32,900 nucleotides of DNA, from contig JAUQQB010000001.1 of the NCBI GenBank assembly GCA_030550075.1, positions 1-32,900 of the forward strand, in the 5' to 3' direction. The stretch is from Chloroflexota bacterium. Its GTDB lineage: Bacteria; Chloroflexota; Anaerolineae; Thermoflexales; Thermoflexaceae. Below are positions 1 to 9,706 of this stretch, in pieces. Made by a program: the position numbers and the translations under genes. Numbering within the stretch: position 1 is the first letter of the stretch; every line of letters starts with the position of its first letter. The notes beneath the pieces were generated by a model that made no database searches, was not told the DNA's origin, and worked only from the letters and a program-made list of their open reading frames with translations.

Positions 1-220
1 AGAAGAGGCCGCCCAGGGCGGCGATGAAGACGCCGATGGTGTAGGTGCGGCGCTTGCGCAGGTGGCGGGCATGGGCGTTGGGATGATAGCGCAGCTCCTC
101 GGCGGCAGCCAGGACCCGCCGCCGGGTTTCTTCGCTGATGTTCCCCTTGCCGTTGAGGACCAGGGAGACGGTGGTGATGCTGACTCCGGCACGCCGGGCC
201 ACATCTTTGAGGGTTACCAT
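1..220 (-). CDS. LacI-family transcriptional regulator, N-terminal part (runs off window start)
   Basis: Manual translation from ATG at 220: MVTLKDVARRAGVSITTVSLVLNGKGNISEETRRRVLAAAEELRYHPNAHARHLRKRRTYTIGVF, a typical LacI HTH plus hinge. The start overlaps the upstream stop (ATGGTAA). Not in the ORF track. Confidence 0.95.
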   Translation of the reverse strand, partial: MVTLKDVARRAGVSITTVSLVLNGKGNISEETRRRVLAAAEELRYHPNAHARHLRKRRTYTIGVFIAALGGLF

Positions 221-1587
221 TTCCTGATTTCCAGCCTCTCCAGACCTTTGAGGATGTAGGGGTTGTTCATCGTGATCCGGTAGACGACATCGTTCTGGGC
301 GTTCGCCAGCATTAGCAGGGAGATGCCCTTATCTATGCCGATGACGTCACGGGCGAACCAATCTTCGGTCAGGTTGAAGGCGTCCTGGAAACCGTAGGGA
401 CCCTTCAGCCGATCCAGAGTGAAATAATATACCATAGCCTGCCGGGATTGTTCGGGCAGGAAGAGGATGGACCCAATCGCCCCCGCCGGGGCGACGGTGT
501 CGTCCACCAGGTGTTGCCGGTTGTCGTAGCCGGAGGGCGGCGCACCGTAACGGCCTTCATAGCCGTGGGGGCCGTCGCAGGCGGTCAGGCCCCAGGCCAG
601 GGGGCCGAGGGTCAGGTACTTTTCGTCCATATTCACCGCGAAGTTGTAGTGGGCCTTCGCGGCCTCCACGGAGTTGGCGAACCAGTCCACGCCCTGGCGG
701 TCGGTCCGGCCGCGAAAGTCTATCCAGGCATGGCTGTACTGGTAGGTGAAGAGGGAGCCGAACCAGGAGTGGATGAAAGGCTGGCCGTCGCCGTAGCGGG
801 CCCGGTGCCGGGTGAACGTGTAATAGATGGAGGGGTCCAAGGGATAGGTGGGGGAGCCGGCCGCCAGGACGTAGAGCATCAACTGTTCGGCGTAGAAGTC
901 CCAGTGGCCCTCAAACCCTTTCTCAGGGCGGTAGGCCATATAGAACATGTTGCGGGAGGGATCCACGAACCAGGGCCACTCCACGGCCGTGTAGATCGCC
1001 TGCGCTTTGGCCTGCGTTTCGCCACCGCAGTAGTCGCCTGCGGTCAGGACGCCCATGAGCAGGATGGCGGTATCGATGCTGGAGACTTCGCTCTGCCAGG
1101 CCCTCTGTCCGGTCTCCATATCCAGGAAGTGGTAGTAGAAACCGTGCTCGCGAGGTATAGCCGCCAGGGTGTCCAGGGTTCCGTCTATGCGCGCACAGGC
1201 CTGCGCGCGGGGGATGTAGCCTTTCTCCACGCCGATCACATACGCGGTCAGCCCGAAGCCCACGGCGGCGATGCTGGAGATGCCCGGAGAACCGGGATAG
1301 CGATCCCGGATCAGGCCGTAACCGGGACTGCCGGGGGTTGTGTTGGCCTGCTCCCAGAAGAAGTTGAAGGCGCCGCGCATTTCCCACTCTATGACGTCAT
1401 CGGCGGAGACCGGCGTGGGGGTAGGAGCAGGCCTCCACGTCGGGGAGGGGGAAGGCGGGATGGCCGTGGGGGTCTGCTCCAGGACGGTCAACGTCACCGT
1501 CGGAGCCGGCGCGGCGCAGGCGGCCATGGTCAAAAGCGGAACGCAGACAAACGCAGATATACGCCGATTTGCGCTTTGTTTATTCAC
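214..1587 (-). CDS. GH144-like (glucoamylase-like, (alpha/alpha)6) putative endo-beta-1,2-glucanase, lipoprotein
   Basis: Motifs SSIAAVGFGL, GFYYHFLD, EVSSIDTAILL, GSLFTYQYSHAWIDFRG, WGLTACDGP, GPYGFQDAFN, IGIDKG. Signal peptide ending MAAC followed by a Pro/Thr linker. Confidence 0.8.
   Translation of the reverse strand: MNKQSANRRISAFVCVPLLTMAACAAPAPTVTLTVLEQTPTAIPPSPSPTWRPAPTPTPVSADDVIEWEMRGAFNFFWEQANTTPGSPGYGLIRDRYPGSPGISSIAAVGFGLTAYVIGVEKGYIPRAQACARIDGTLDTLAAIPREHGFYYHFLDMETGQRAWQSEVSSIDTAILLMGVLTAGDYCGGETQAKAQAIYTAVEWPWFVDPSRNMFYMAYRPEKGFEGHWDFYAEQLMLYVLAAGSPTYPLDPSIYYTFTRHRARYGDGQPFIHSWFGSLFTYQYSHAWIDFRGRTDRQGVDWFANSVEAAKAHYNFAVNMDEKYLTLGPLAWGLTACDGPHGYEGRYGAPPSGYDNRQHLVDDTVAPAGAIGSILFLPEQSRQAMVYYFTLDRLKGPYGFQDAFNLTEDWFARDVIGIDKGISLLMLANAQNDVVYRITMNNPYILKGLERLEIRKW
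1540..1570. repeat. 10-nt periodic repeat within the GH144 signal-peptide coding region
   Basis: AACGCAGACA/AACGCAGATA/TACGCCGATT in tandem; the minus strand encodes NRRISAFVCV. Confidence 0.55.
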
Positions 1588-2578
1588 CGGTAATCCCCGT
1601 CCTTTCTACGGATTCCACAAACCATCGCTGGAGGACGAAGTACATGACCAGGAGCGGCAGGATGTTCAGGAAGGTTCCGGCCAGTTTGATCGCTTCGTTC
1701 AGACGGTCAAAGATATTGACCGTGCCGGGCGGGTAGAGGTTCTGATAGGCCTGGACGAACCGGGAAAGCTGCATCGGCAAGGTCTGGATGCCGCCTTCCA
1801 GAAAGATGACCGTCAGGTAGGTCTCGTTCCAGTACCAGACGATGGAGAAGATGAAGGAGACGATGTAGGCCGGAAGGGCATTGGGGACCGCGATCTGGAA
1901 GAAGATGCGGGCCTCGGTGGCGCCGTCTATCCGGGCGGCCTCTTCCAGGACTTTGGGGAGGGAGAGGAAGGTCTGGTAGAAGATGAGTATGAAGATGGCG
2001 CTGCGGAATCCCTGACCGCCCAGGGCGGGGAGAACCAGCGACCAGAGCGTGCCCAGCAGGCCCAGGCGGCGGTAGGTCAGCATCTGCGGGATGGCGGTGT
2101 TCTGCGGCGGGATGATGAAGGTCGCCAGAATCAGGGCGAAGAGCAGGGGCTTGCCGGGAAAGCGGTAGCGGGCCAGCCCATAGCCGACAATGGAACAGAC
2201 CACCGTCTGCAGAATCGAGGGCACCACGCTGACCAGGATGGAGGCCAGGAGGGTGGAGGGGTAGTTGAGCACCCGGAAGGCCCGGACGTAGTTGCCGAAG
2301 TATAGCTCCGTCGGCACCCATTGCACCATCGGGTTGAGCAGGTCTGTGGGGCTCTTCAGGCTGGTGATGAGCATGAACAGGAGCGGGTAGAGGTAGACGA
2401 AGCCGATGGCCACCAGCAGGGCATACACCACCAGGGTGAAGAGCAGTCCATAGCGGGCATGAGTGCCCAGCAGGACGCCGCGAACCCGATCCCGGTACCC
2501 CGGCCATTGAGCGAGCACGCTCCGGAGACGGGCCGGCCACTCGGAGGGAAGGGTCTTCCTTAACGGATGAGCCGCCAT
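1580..2578 (-). CDS. Carbohydrate ABC transporter permease (MalG-type)
   Basis: Multiple TM segments; EAA loop LPKVLEEAARIDGAT; VWYWNE motif. Confidence 0.93.
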   Translation of the reverse strand: MAAHPLRKTLPSEWPARLRSVLAQWPGYRDRVRGVLLGTHARYGLLFTLVVYALLVAIGFVYLYPLLFMLITSLKSPTDLLNPMVQWVPTELYFGNYVRAFRVLNYPSTLLASILVSVVPSILQTVVCSIVGYGLARYRFPGKPLLFALILATFIIPPQNTAIPQMLTYRRLGLLGTLWSLVLPALGGQGFRSAIFILIFYQTFLSLPKVLEEAARIDGATEARIFFQIAVPNALPAYIVSFIFSIVWYWNETYLTVIFLEGGIQTLPMQLSRFVQAYQNLYPPGTVNIFDRLNEAIKLAGTFLNILPLLVMYFVLQRWFVESVERTGITGE

Positions 2579-2581
2579 CGC

Positions 2582-3463
2582 TCACACCTTTGCCGCACGG
2601 GATCGGAGGGCCAGATATACGATCAGCAAGATCAGGACCAGGACGGCGAAATACAGAAAGGACATCGCGCTGGCGTAGCCGATGCCGCCTTTGATGTCGT
2701 AGGTCTGGGTATAGATATAGCGCACGAGTTTGTTTTCGGAAAAGTGCGAGAGGGTGATGACGGTGTAGACCGCCACCACAATGTTGGTGGTAGAAAGGGA
2801 GGGGAGGGTGATTTTCCAGAAGGACTCCCAGGCGGAGGCGCCGTCTATGGCGGCGGCCTCGTAGATGCTGCGGTCTATCTTCTGCAGGCTGGCCAGGTAG
2901 ATGAGAATCTGCACGCCGGAGAACCAGAGACTAAGGATGAACGACGTCATCAGATATTCGGCGGGGCCGCGCAGGACGCCGGGCAACCGGGCGAGGAACT
3001 CCAGGACGATCGGAGACTGGGCGATCTGGGGGACCGTCGTGGCGCCCTGGGCGACCAGTTCCCGGATGACCGGCCCGCTGGTGATGACAACAGGCAGGAA
3101 GAAGATGGTGCGGAAGAGGCCCTTCAGCGACAATTTCAGATTGAGGAAAAGGGCAATGATGAGGGAGAAGATCATAATGATCGGCACCGAGAAGATGGTT
3201 TCCACCGCGTATTCGATCAGCAGTTCCACGAAGATCGGGTCGGTGAAGAGGGCGCGCGTGTAGTTCTGCCAGCCGACGAAGGTCTGCTCCACGCCGGTGG
3301 CGGAGACGATGACATGGTTCAGGCTGTAGCGGAACGTCTCCACCAGGGGGACCAGGGTGAAAAGGATGAAGCCAACAATCCACAGGGCGACGAACGCGTA
3401 GCCCTGGAGGGCCTGTCGGGTGCGGTAACGGAGGGACATGGAGGGACGGGACGGCGCTTTCAT
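2582..3463 (-). CDS. Carbohydrate ABC transporter permease (MalF-type)
   Basis: FVGWQNY, FRTIFFLPVVI, EAA loop [30 protein letters not shown]. Confidence 0.93.
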   Translation of the reverse strand: MKAPSRPSMSLRYRTRQALQGYAFVALWIVGFILFTLVPLVETFRYSLNHVIVSATGVEQTFVGWQNYTRALFTDPIFVELLIEYAVETIFSVPIIMIFSLIIALFLNLKLSLKGLFRTIFFLPVVITSGPVIRELVAQGATTVPQIAQSPIVLEFLARLPGVLRGPAEYLMTSFILSLWFSGVQILIYLASLQKIDRSIYEAAAIDGASAWESFWKITLPSLSTTNIVVAVYTVITLSHFSENKLVRYIYTQTYDIKGGIGYASAMSFLYFAVLVLILLIVYLALRSRAAKV

Positions 3464-5652
3464 GGCGTTACCTCCCTGAGGAGGGCATCCCGCGCCGGGA
3501 TGGTGAGGCCGTAGAGCTGGACGGGAGCCTCATTGTAATTAACCAGAATCTGTTTGCCGTTGCTGTAGGTGGTGGCGAAGACGCCCGGCGCGACCTGCTC
3601 GTGGCCGACGATGCTGGCGCCCTGGACCGGGGCCAGCAGTCCGTTCAGCCAGGCATAACTTTCCTCTATTTCTTCTTCCAGCTGGCGATAGGCGGAGACG
3701 TAAATCCAATTGGAGCGGGTCTTCAGAATGCGGGCGGTCTCCTCGTGGGTCAGGAAGAACGATGGATAGACGCCGTATTCGGCGTGCCGCAGCAGGTCGC
3801 CGCGCACGTCGGGGGAGAAGTTCAGCGCCTCGCCGTAGTAAGGGACGTAGCCGGAGAGGACGATGGGCAGAAACGGCACCGTCTGGGTGGTGAAAATGTA
3901 GCCGTTATCGGTGATGGGGAGGTCGTAGATGGCGCGGGCGTAGGCGAAGAGATAGTCGTTGGGCCGGTAGAGGGCCAGCGGGACGGGGGAACCCTCCAGC
4001 AGGGCCCGGTAGGCGGCGATGGCCTCTTCCCGGTTGAGGGAAGCGCCGCGGCGAAAGTCGGAATAGAGCGTGCCGCCGATGCCGTCCAGCGCCAGGCCGA
4101 TCCCGCCTTCATCTTTCAGGCTGTGGCCGAGGGCGGCGAAGCGGGATTGGAGGGCCTGGAGGTTGAAGTAGAAGTTGGGCTTGCCGCGCCGGTGGCCTTG
4201 CGGATAGTCGCCGGTAATGGCCATGGCCAGGTCGTAGCGGGAGAACGAGCCCGGCTCCTCTCGCAGCGCGGCGGTCGGGTCCAGATAGAGCGCAAAAGTC
4301 CCGCCACGGCGGGCGACCTCCCCGGCCGCTCGCCGCAGGTCCCTCTGGCTTCCCAGGGCCCGCTCCAGTTGCAGGCGGTTGGGGAAGGCCGCCGACGCGC
4401 CGCCCGGCTGCCAGCCATAGTAGACCACCTGAGGGTTCTTCACGTCCAGCTGGGCCAGGATTTCCTCCATCTGGGCGAGGGTGGTCATCGGGATGACCCG
4501 GTTCCAGAAGAGGACCCGCTCCCGCTCCGCGCCCAGAAACTCCAGGCGGATGCCGATACCTCCGGTGCGCATCTCCTGACGGCGCAACAGTCCCTTCTCC
4601 AGCAGGTAGCGCTGGTAATTGCGCGCCATGCCGACGTAATTGGCTTCGGGGCCGGCCAGAAAGCGGTAGTGCAGGACGATGTCAAAGCGGTTGGTCTGTG
4701 GCTGGATGACGGTCACGCCGTCGCCGGAGCGGCTGGTGCGCTGGAAATAACTCTCGTTGTAGATGAAGGCGTTGTAGAGGAAATTGAAGTTGGTGATAAT
4801 CCCGGCGGGATGGGCCTGAATTTCGGCGTAGGAAGCGCCTTTCTCCAGCACGGCCAGGTAAGCGTTGGGCCCGGCCGAGTGGACCATCCCGATGACCGGG
4901 ACCGAGATGGGATACGGAGGCCGCAGGGTGGGATCAAAGGGCATGGAAACGAGCATGCCCAGGTCGGGGCCGTAGTAGCGGCCGTAATACATATTTTGGG
5001 CCCGGGTTTCGGCGGTGAAGCGAATCAGGCTTCCGCACCCGTCCGGAAGGAACATGTAGCCCGGGGTCTGGTCGCCCCGCGTGGCGCCCATCCAGGGATA
5101 GAGGTGAAGGACGCCCAGCCGAAACTCGCCTTCTTCCCGGATCCACTCCGAGGGCACCTCCACCTGCACGCCCGTCTCCTCCAGAGTAAGCTGCAATCCC
5201 ACGGCGATGCCGATCTCGGTGAAGGCGACCTGGGCCCGGATGCCCTGCTCCACAGGTTGAATCTCTATGGTGTGCTCCGCGTTGGCGATGGAGGCGCGCT
5301 TGACGTTGGCCCGCCGGTCCAGGTAGTCCACGCTGAGACCGCTCTGGGCGAAGGCGGTCCAGGCCCTGTTCAAGCGGTCGCCCGGCGCGCGCTCGTCCAG
5401 GTTGGAGTGCCAGATGTAGTGGTTGCGCCGGTCCACGACTTTGAAGGCCAGCGTCTCCGGGTTGACATACAACCGGAAGGTCCCGTTTTCGGCCACCAGC
5501 TGGTAGGTCTCCGGGATCCCGTCCGGGCGGGGCGCGGCATGCACGGGAGGGACCCCGAAGGACACGAAGGAGAACAAAAAGGACACGAGGATGAAAGTTC
5601 CGAGCCCTTTGTGTGCCCTGTGGGACCTTTGTGGCAAACCTTTCACGTCCAT
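3460..5652 (-). CDS. Secreted DUF5696-like protein (730 aa), function unknown
   Basis: Signal peptide ending VHA; GYMFLPDGCGSLIRF, VPVIG, YVGMARNYQRYL, VPFLPIVLSGYVPY, TTYSNGKQILVNY. Size and position match my recollection of DUF5696 proteins in sugar ABC clusters; needs HMM confirmation. Confidence 0.7.
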   Translation of the reverse strand: MDVKGLPQRSHRAHKGLGTFILVSFLFSFVSFGVPPVHAAPRPDGIPETYQLVAENGTFRLYVNPETLAFKVVDRRNHYIWHSNLDERAPGDRLNRAWTAFAQSGLSVDYLDRRANVKRASIANAEHTIEIQPVEQGIRAQVAFTEIGIAVGLQLTLEETGVQVEVPSEWIREEGEFRLGVLHLYPWMGATRGDQTPGYMFLPDGCGSLIRFTAETRAQNMYYGRYYGPDLGMLVSMPFDPTLRPPYPISVPVIGMVHSAGPNAYLAVLEKGASYAEIQAHPAGIITNFNFLYNAFIYNESYFQRTSRSGDGVTVIQPQTNRFDIVLHYRFLAGPEANYVGMARNYQRYLLEKGLLRRQEMRTGGIGIRLEFLGAERERVLFWNRVIPMTTLAQMEEILAQLDVKNPQVVYYGWQPGGASAAFPNRLQLERALGSQRDLRRAAGEVARRGGTFALYLDPTAALREEPGSFSRYDLAMAITGDYPQGHRRGKPNFYFNLQALQSRFAALGHSLKDEGGIGLALDGIGGTLYSDFRRGASLNREEAIAAYRALLEGSPVPLALYRPNDYLFAYARAIYDLPITDNGYIFTTQTVPFLPIVLSGYVPYYGEALNFSPDVRGDLLRHAEYGVYPSFFLTHEETARILKTRSNWIYVSAYRQLEEEIEESYAWLNGLLAPVQGASIVGHEQVAPGVFATTYSNGKQILVNYNEAPVQLYGLTIPARDALLREVTP
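5552..5635. repeat. Imperfect palindromic element with ~9-nt periodicity in the signal-peptide coding region
   Basis: Left arm ACCCCGAAGGACACGAAGG...AAAGGACACGAGG; right arm CTTTGTGTGCCCTGTGGGACCTTTGTGGC. Confidence 0.6.
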
Positions 5653-5653
5653 T

Positions 5654-7744
5654 TCATCCCCTCAGCCGGATTTCCCGCAGGATGGTCATCACGAAATCCG
5701 ATAACTGGAGGAACAGCACGTACAGGATATAGCCCGTCAGCAGCATCATGGCCATCGTGAACAGGGTGGTCAGGACGTTGCGGACCGTCTCGCCGAAAGA
5801 GTAGTTGTGGATTTCCTTGACCATGAGGAAGAGCATCAGGCCCGTCCAGGCCCACATCAGATTGATAGAGAAGGTGTACAGGAAGACCTCGTTGGTACTC
5901 AGCAGGTTGGAAAGAAGCGCGATGGGCATGGCGAAGAGGGCATAAGGGAAAAGCGCGTAAGCGGTGCCGATGACCACGTCCCGAACGCGCCCCTCGCCGT
6001 CGCTGATGGTGGAGACCAGGTAGTTGGCCGCGTTCCAGAGCGCCAGGAACACGATGGCGTAGACCAGCTCGTTGACGGCGCGAATCTCACCGGGATTGGC
6101 GTAGGGATTAAAGATGAAGCCGGTCACGTAGGGCGTCAGCACCCGGACCGCCACCACCCACAGGTAGAGCAGGAAGGCGAATCCCAGACTGCCGCGCTCA
6201 TTGATTTTGATATAGTAGAAACTATCGGCGGGCTGTTTGATGAAGCGGAACATGAACAGGAAGTCGTCCACCGGTTTCCGCGCCCGCAGCCAGGCCAGCC
6301 CGCGCCGCAGCGGGCTAAACCAGCCATAACGCCGGTTCAAACGTTGGAGCATGCTCTGGACGATGGAGAGGGCGACCAGCGCCAGGATGCCGTCTCCCAG
6401 ATACCGCTGGAGGATGGCGTTGCGCAGCTCCCAGAAGACCTCAGAGTAGCCACGGCGGTCTTCCGCGTAGCGGTAGTAGACCAGGGCGCGGGCGTAATCA
6501 CCCTCTTTGAAATAGGCGTCGGCGATCGCCTGATAGGCCATGATAAACGAGCCGTTGTAGCGCAGGACCTCTTCAAAGTAGGGTCGCGCCTGGGTGTAGA
6601 AGCCCTCCACATACAGGCGCACGCCGCTGTGGACCAGGCGGGCGAAGCTCGTCGCCTGATAGACCACGAGGGCGTTCTTCTCCCGGTCCAGGACATAAAT
6701 TCGGTCCTCATAGCGGGCGACCGCGCTGGGGTCACGCAGCGTTCCCAGCCGCTGGTCGCCCTGATCTTTGGCACCGAAGACGAAGAGGAGCATCCCTTTC
6801 AGGTTGTACTCGTAGATGCGGCCCTCCGCGTCCACCGCCGTGACCAGCCCGTAGGGGCTCACGTGAAGGTCGCGAAACGTCGCGGAGCCGTAGATCTCGG
6901 GGAAGATGTTGCGCCCGGCGACGGTGAAGCGGCGGATGCTCTGCCGGGGGTTGGTGCCAGCGGTCACGGTGAAGATCATCCCGTCGGCGTCTATCGCCAC
7001 GTTGGAGGGAGAGGCGGCTTCGCTCTTGATGAACTGCGCCAGTTGCTCCCTCGTCAGGAAAAGGCGCTGCAGGATCATCTTGAGGGACATCACGGCCGGG
7101 TTGGCGCCGAAGTACCCGACAAAGCGGCCGTCGGTGGTGAGCACCACCAGGCCGTTGGTGGAACCTTCGCTGACGACGTAGAGGTTCCGGCGGGCGTCCA
7201 CGACGATTTTGCGCGGCAGGAACTGGTTTTTGCGCCCAAAGAGGGGGTCGTTCGGGCGGCCGAACCGGCTCAGGAGATTCCCTTCCCGATCCAGAATGAC
7301 GACGGTGTTGCTTTTGGCGTCGGCGATGTAAAGGGTCCCCGCGCCATCCACAAAGACGCCGGTGGGGCCTGCTAGCAGGCCCTTCCCGTAGACAGCGGTG
7401 ACTTCCAGGTCCCGGTTCAGGCGCAGGACGCGGCGGTTGCTCGTGTCGGCGATGTAGAAGTCGCCGTCGGGCGTGATGAAGAGGTCCTCCGCGCCGGAGA
7501 CCGGCAGTTCCACCTCGGTCAGGGGCAGGTAGGCGTCCTGGGTCAGGTAAAGCCGTCCCCCCGGCCCCAGGGCCCAGGTGGTGTAGGGAGCCCGCGTCTC
7601 GGCCGGGGTCCACAGCGCCAGGCAGAGCAGGAGCCCCAGGAGGACGCAAAGGACACGCGAGGGGCGCCAGGGGATGCGGAAAAACTTTGTGCCCTTTACG
7701 CCCTTCGTGTCTTTTGTGGTTTTCAAAACGGGAACCCGTTTCAT
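5654..7744 (-). CDS. NHL-repeat beta-propeller + TPR-like + Yip1-like multi-pass membrane protein
   Basis: NHL repeats ([20 protein letters not shown]; [23 protein letters not shown]; [10 protein letters not shown]), a helical TPR-like stretch ([22 protein letters not shown]), one TM, then about five C-terminal TM helices. Confidence 0.8.
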   Translation of the reverse strand: MKRVPVLKTTKDTKGVKGTKFFRIPWRPSRVLCVLLGLLLCLALWTPAETRAPYTTWALGPGGRLYLTQDAYLPLTEVELPVSGAEDLFITPDGDFYIADTSNRRVLRLNRDLEVTAVYGKGLLAGPTGVFVDGAGTLYIADAKSNTVVILDREGNLLSRFGRPNDPLFGRKNQFLPRKIVVDARRNLYVVSEGSTNGLVVLTTDGRFVGYFGANPAVMSLKMILQRLFLTREQLAQFIKSEAASPSNVAIDADGMIFTVTAGTNPRQSIRRFTVAGRNIFPEIYGSATFRDLHVSPYGLVTAVDAEGRIYEYNLKGMLLFVFGAKDQGDQRLGTLRDPSAVARYEDRIYVLDREKNALVVYQATSFARLVHSGVRLYVEGFYTQARPYFEEVLRYNGSFIMAYQAIADAYFKEGDYARALVYYRYAEDRRGYSEVFWELRNAILQRYLGDGILALVALSIVQSMLQRLNRRYGWFSPLRRGLAWLRARKPVDDFLFMFRFIKQPADSFYYIKINERGSLGFAFLLYLWVVAVRVLTPYVTGFIFNPYANPGEIRAVNELVYAIVFLALWNAANYLVSTISDGEGRVRDVVIGTAYALFPYALFAMPIALLSNLLSTNEVFLYTFSINLMWAWTGLMLFLMVKEIHNYSFGETVRNVLTTLFTMAMMLLTGYILYVLFLQLSDFVMTILREIRLRG
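7634..7720. repeat. Imperfect palindromic element with 9-nt periodicity in the signal-peptide coding region
   Basis: Right arm CTTT|GTGCCCTTT|ACGCCCTTC|GTGTCTTTT|GTGGT. Left arm GGAGGACGC|AAAGGACAC (7639-7656) matches the reverse complement of 7689-7706 at 14/18. Confidence 0.65.
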
Positions 7745-8787
7745 CCCTTCAACCCGGAATGGGACATGGTGCTCATCACCTGGCTTTGCAGGATCATGAA
7801 GATGATCAGGTTGGGCAGGAACATAATCAGCGCGGCCGCAGCGGCCACTCCCTGCCCGGCGACGACGTTGGCGCCTGACGTTGTGGTGGCCAGCGTGCTC
7901 AGGTAGAACGCGAAGGTCTTCAGACTCTCAATGTTGATATACATCGCCGAGGTGTCCGCGTTGTTCCAGGTGGCCTGGAAGGTCAGAATGGCGATGGTGG
8001 CAATGGCCGGCCGGACTATCGGCAGGACGATGTGCCAGTAAATCTGCAGGTCGGAGGCCCCGTCTATCTGGGCGGCTTCTATGACCTCGTTGGGGACCGT
8101 GTCCATGAACTGCTTGAGCAGAAAAACGCCCACCGGCATGGCCAGCGAGGGGAGGATGTGGGCCCAGAAGGAGTCGATCAGGCCCAGCCGGGCGATGATC
8201 AGGAAACGGGGGATGGTGACGGCGATGGGGACGAACATCAGCGCCACCGTGTTGATGGCGAACAGGGTCTGCTTGAGGCCGAAGCGCTTTTTAGAAAGCG
8301 CGTAGGCGGCCAGGCTGGAGACGAGGATGGAGGCGGCCACGGAGATCACCGTGACCACGATGCTGTTGAACAGGTAGCGGCTGACGGGCACGTCCGAGGT
8401 AGACATCAGCGTGAAGAGGTCGCGGAAGTTTTTCAGGGTTGGGTTCACCACGAAGAAGCGCGGCGGGTAGACGAAGAGCTCCTCGGCGGGCTTGAAAGCC
8501 GTGGAGAAGATGAAGATGATGGGCAGGAGCATAAAGGCCACCACCGGCGTCAGGATGAGATAGAAGGGGATCTGGCTGGGGTGGAAACCGGCGGGGTTGA
8601 TGCCGCTGCCGCGCAGGCCGTACCAGCGGCCAAGCCATTTGCGTTTCGTGGGGGCTGTCTGAACGCTCGCTGGCAGGGAGACACGGGACGAAACGGGGCG
8701 CCATTTTATCGGACCGGGGCGTCGCTCCGCCTCGCTTCGGGGCTGAATACGGGCGCTTTCCTCTGCGCGTTTTTCCGACCATTCCAT
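7741..8787 (-). CDS. Carbohydrate ABC transporter permease (MalG-type) with N-terminal extension
   Basis: [19 protein letters not shown] loop [21 protein letters not shown]. Confidence 0.93.
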   Translation of the reverse strand: MEWSEKRAEESARIQPRSEAERRPGPIKWRPVSSRVSLPASVQTAPTKRKWLGRWYGLRGSGINPAGFHPSQIPFYLILTPVVAFMLLPIIFIFSTAFKPAEELFVYPPRFFVVNPTLKNFRDLFTLMSTSDVPVSRYLFNSIVVTVISVAASILVSSLAAYALSKKRFGLKQTLFAINTVALMFVPIAVTIPRFLIIARLGLIDSFWAHILPSLAMPVGVFLLKQFMDTVPNEVIEAAQIDGASDLQIYWHIVLPIVRPAIATIAILTFQATWNNADTSAMYINIESLKTFAFYLSTLATTTSGANVVAGQGVAAAAALIMFLPNLIIFMILQSQVMSTMSHSGLKG

Positions 8788-8791
8788 CGCT

Positions 8792-9702
<911 letters not shown>

Positions 9703-9706
<4 letters not shown>

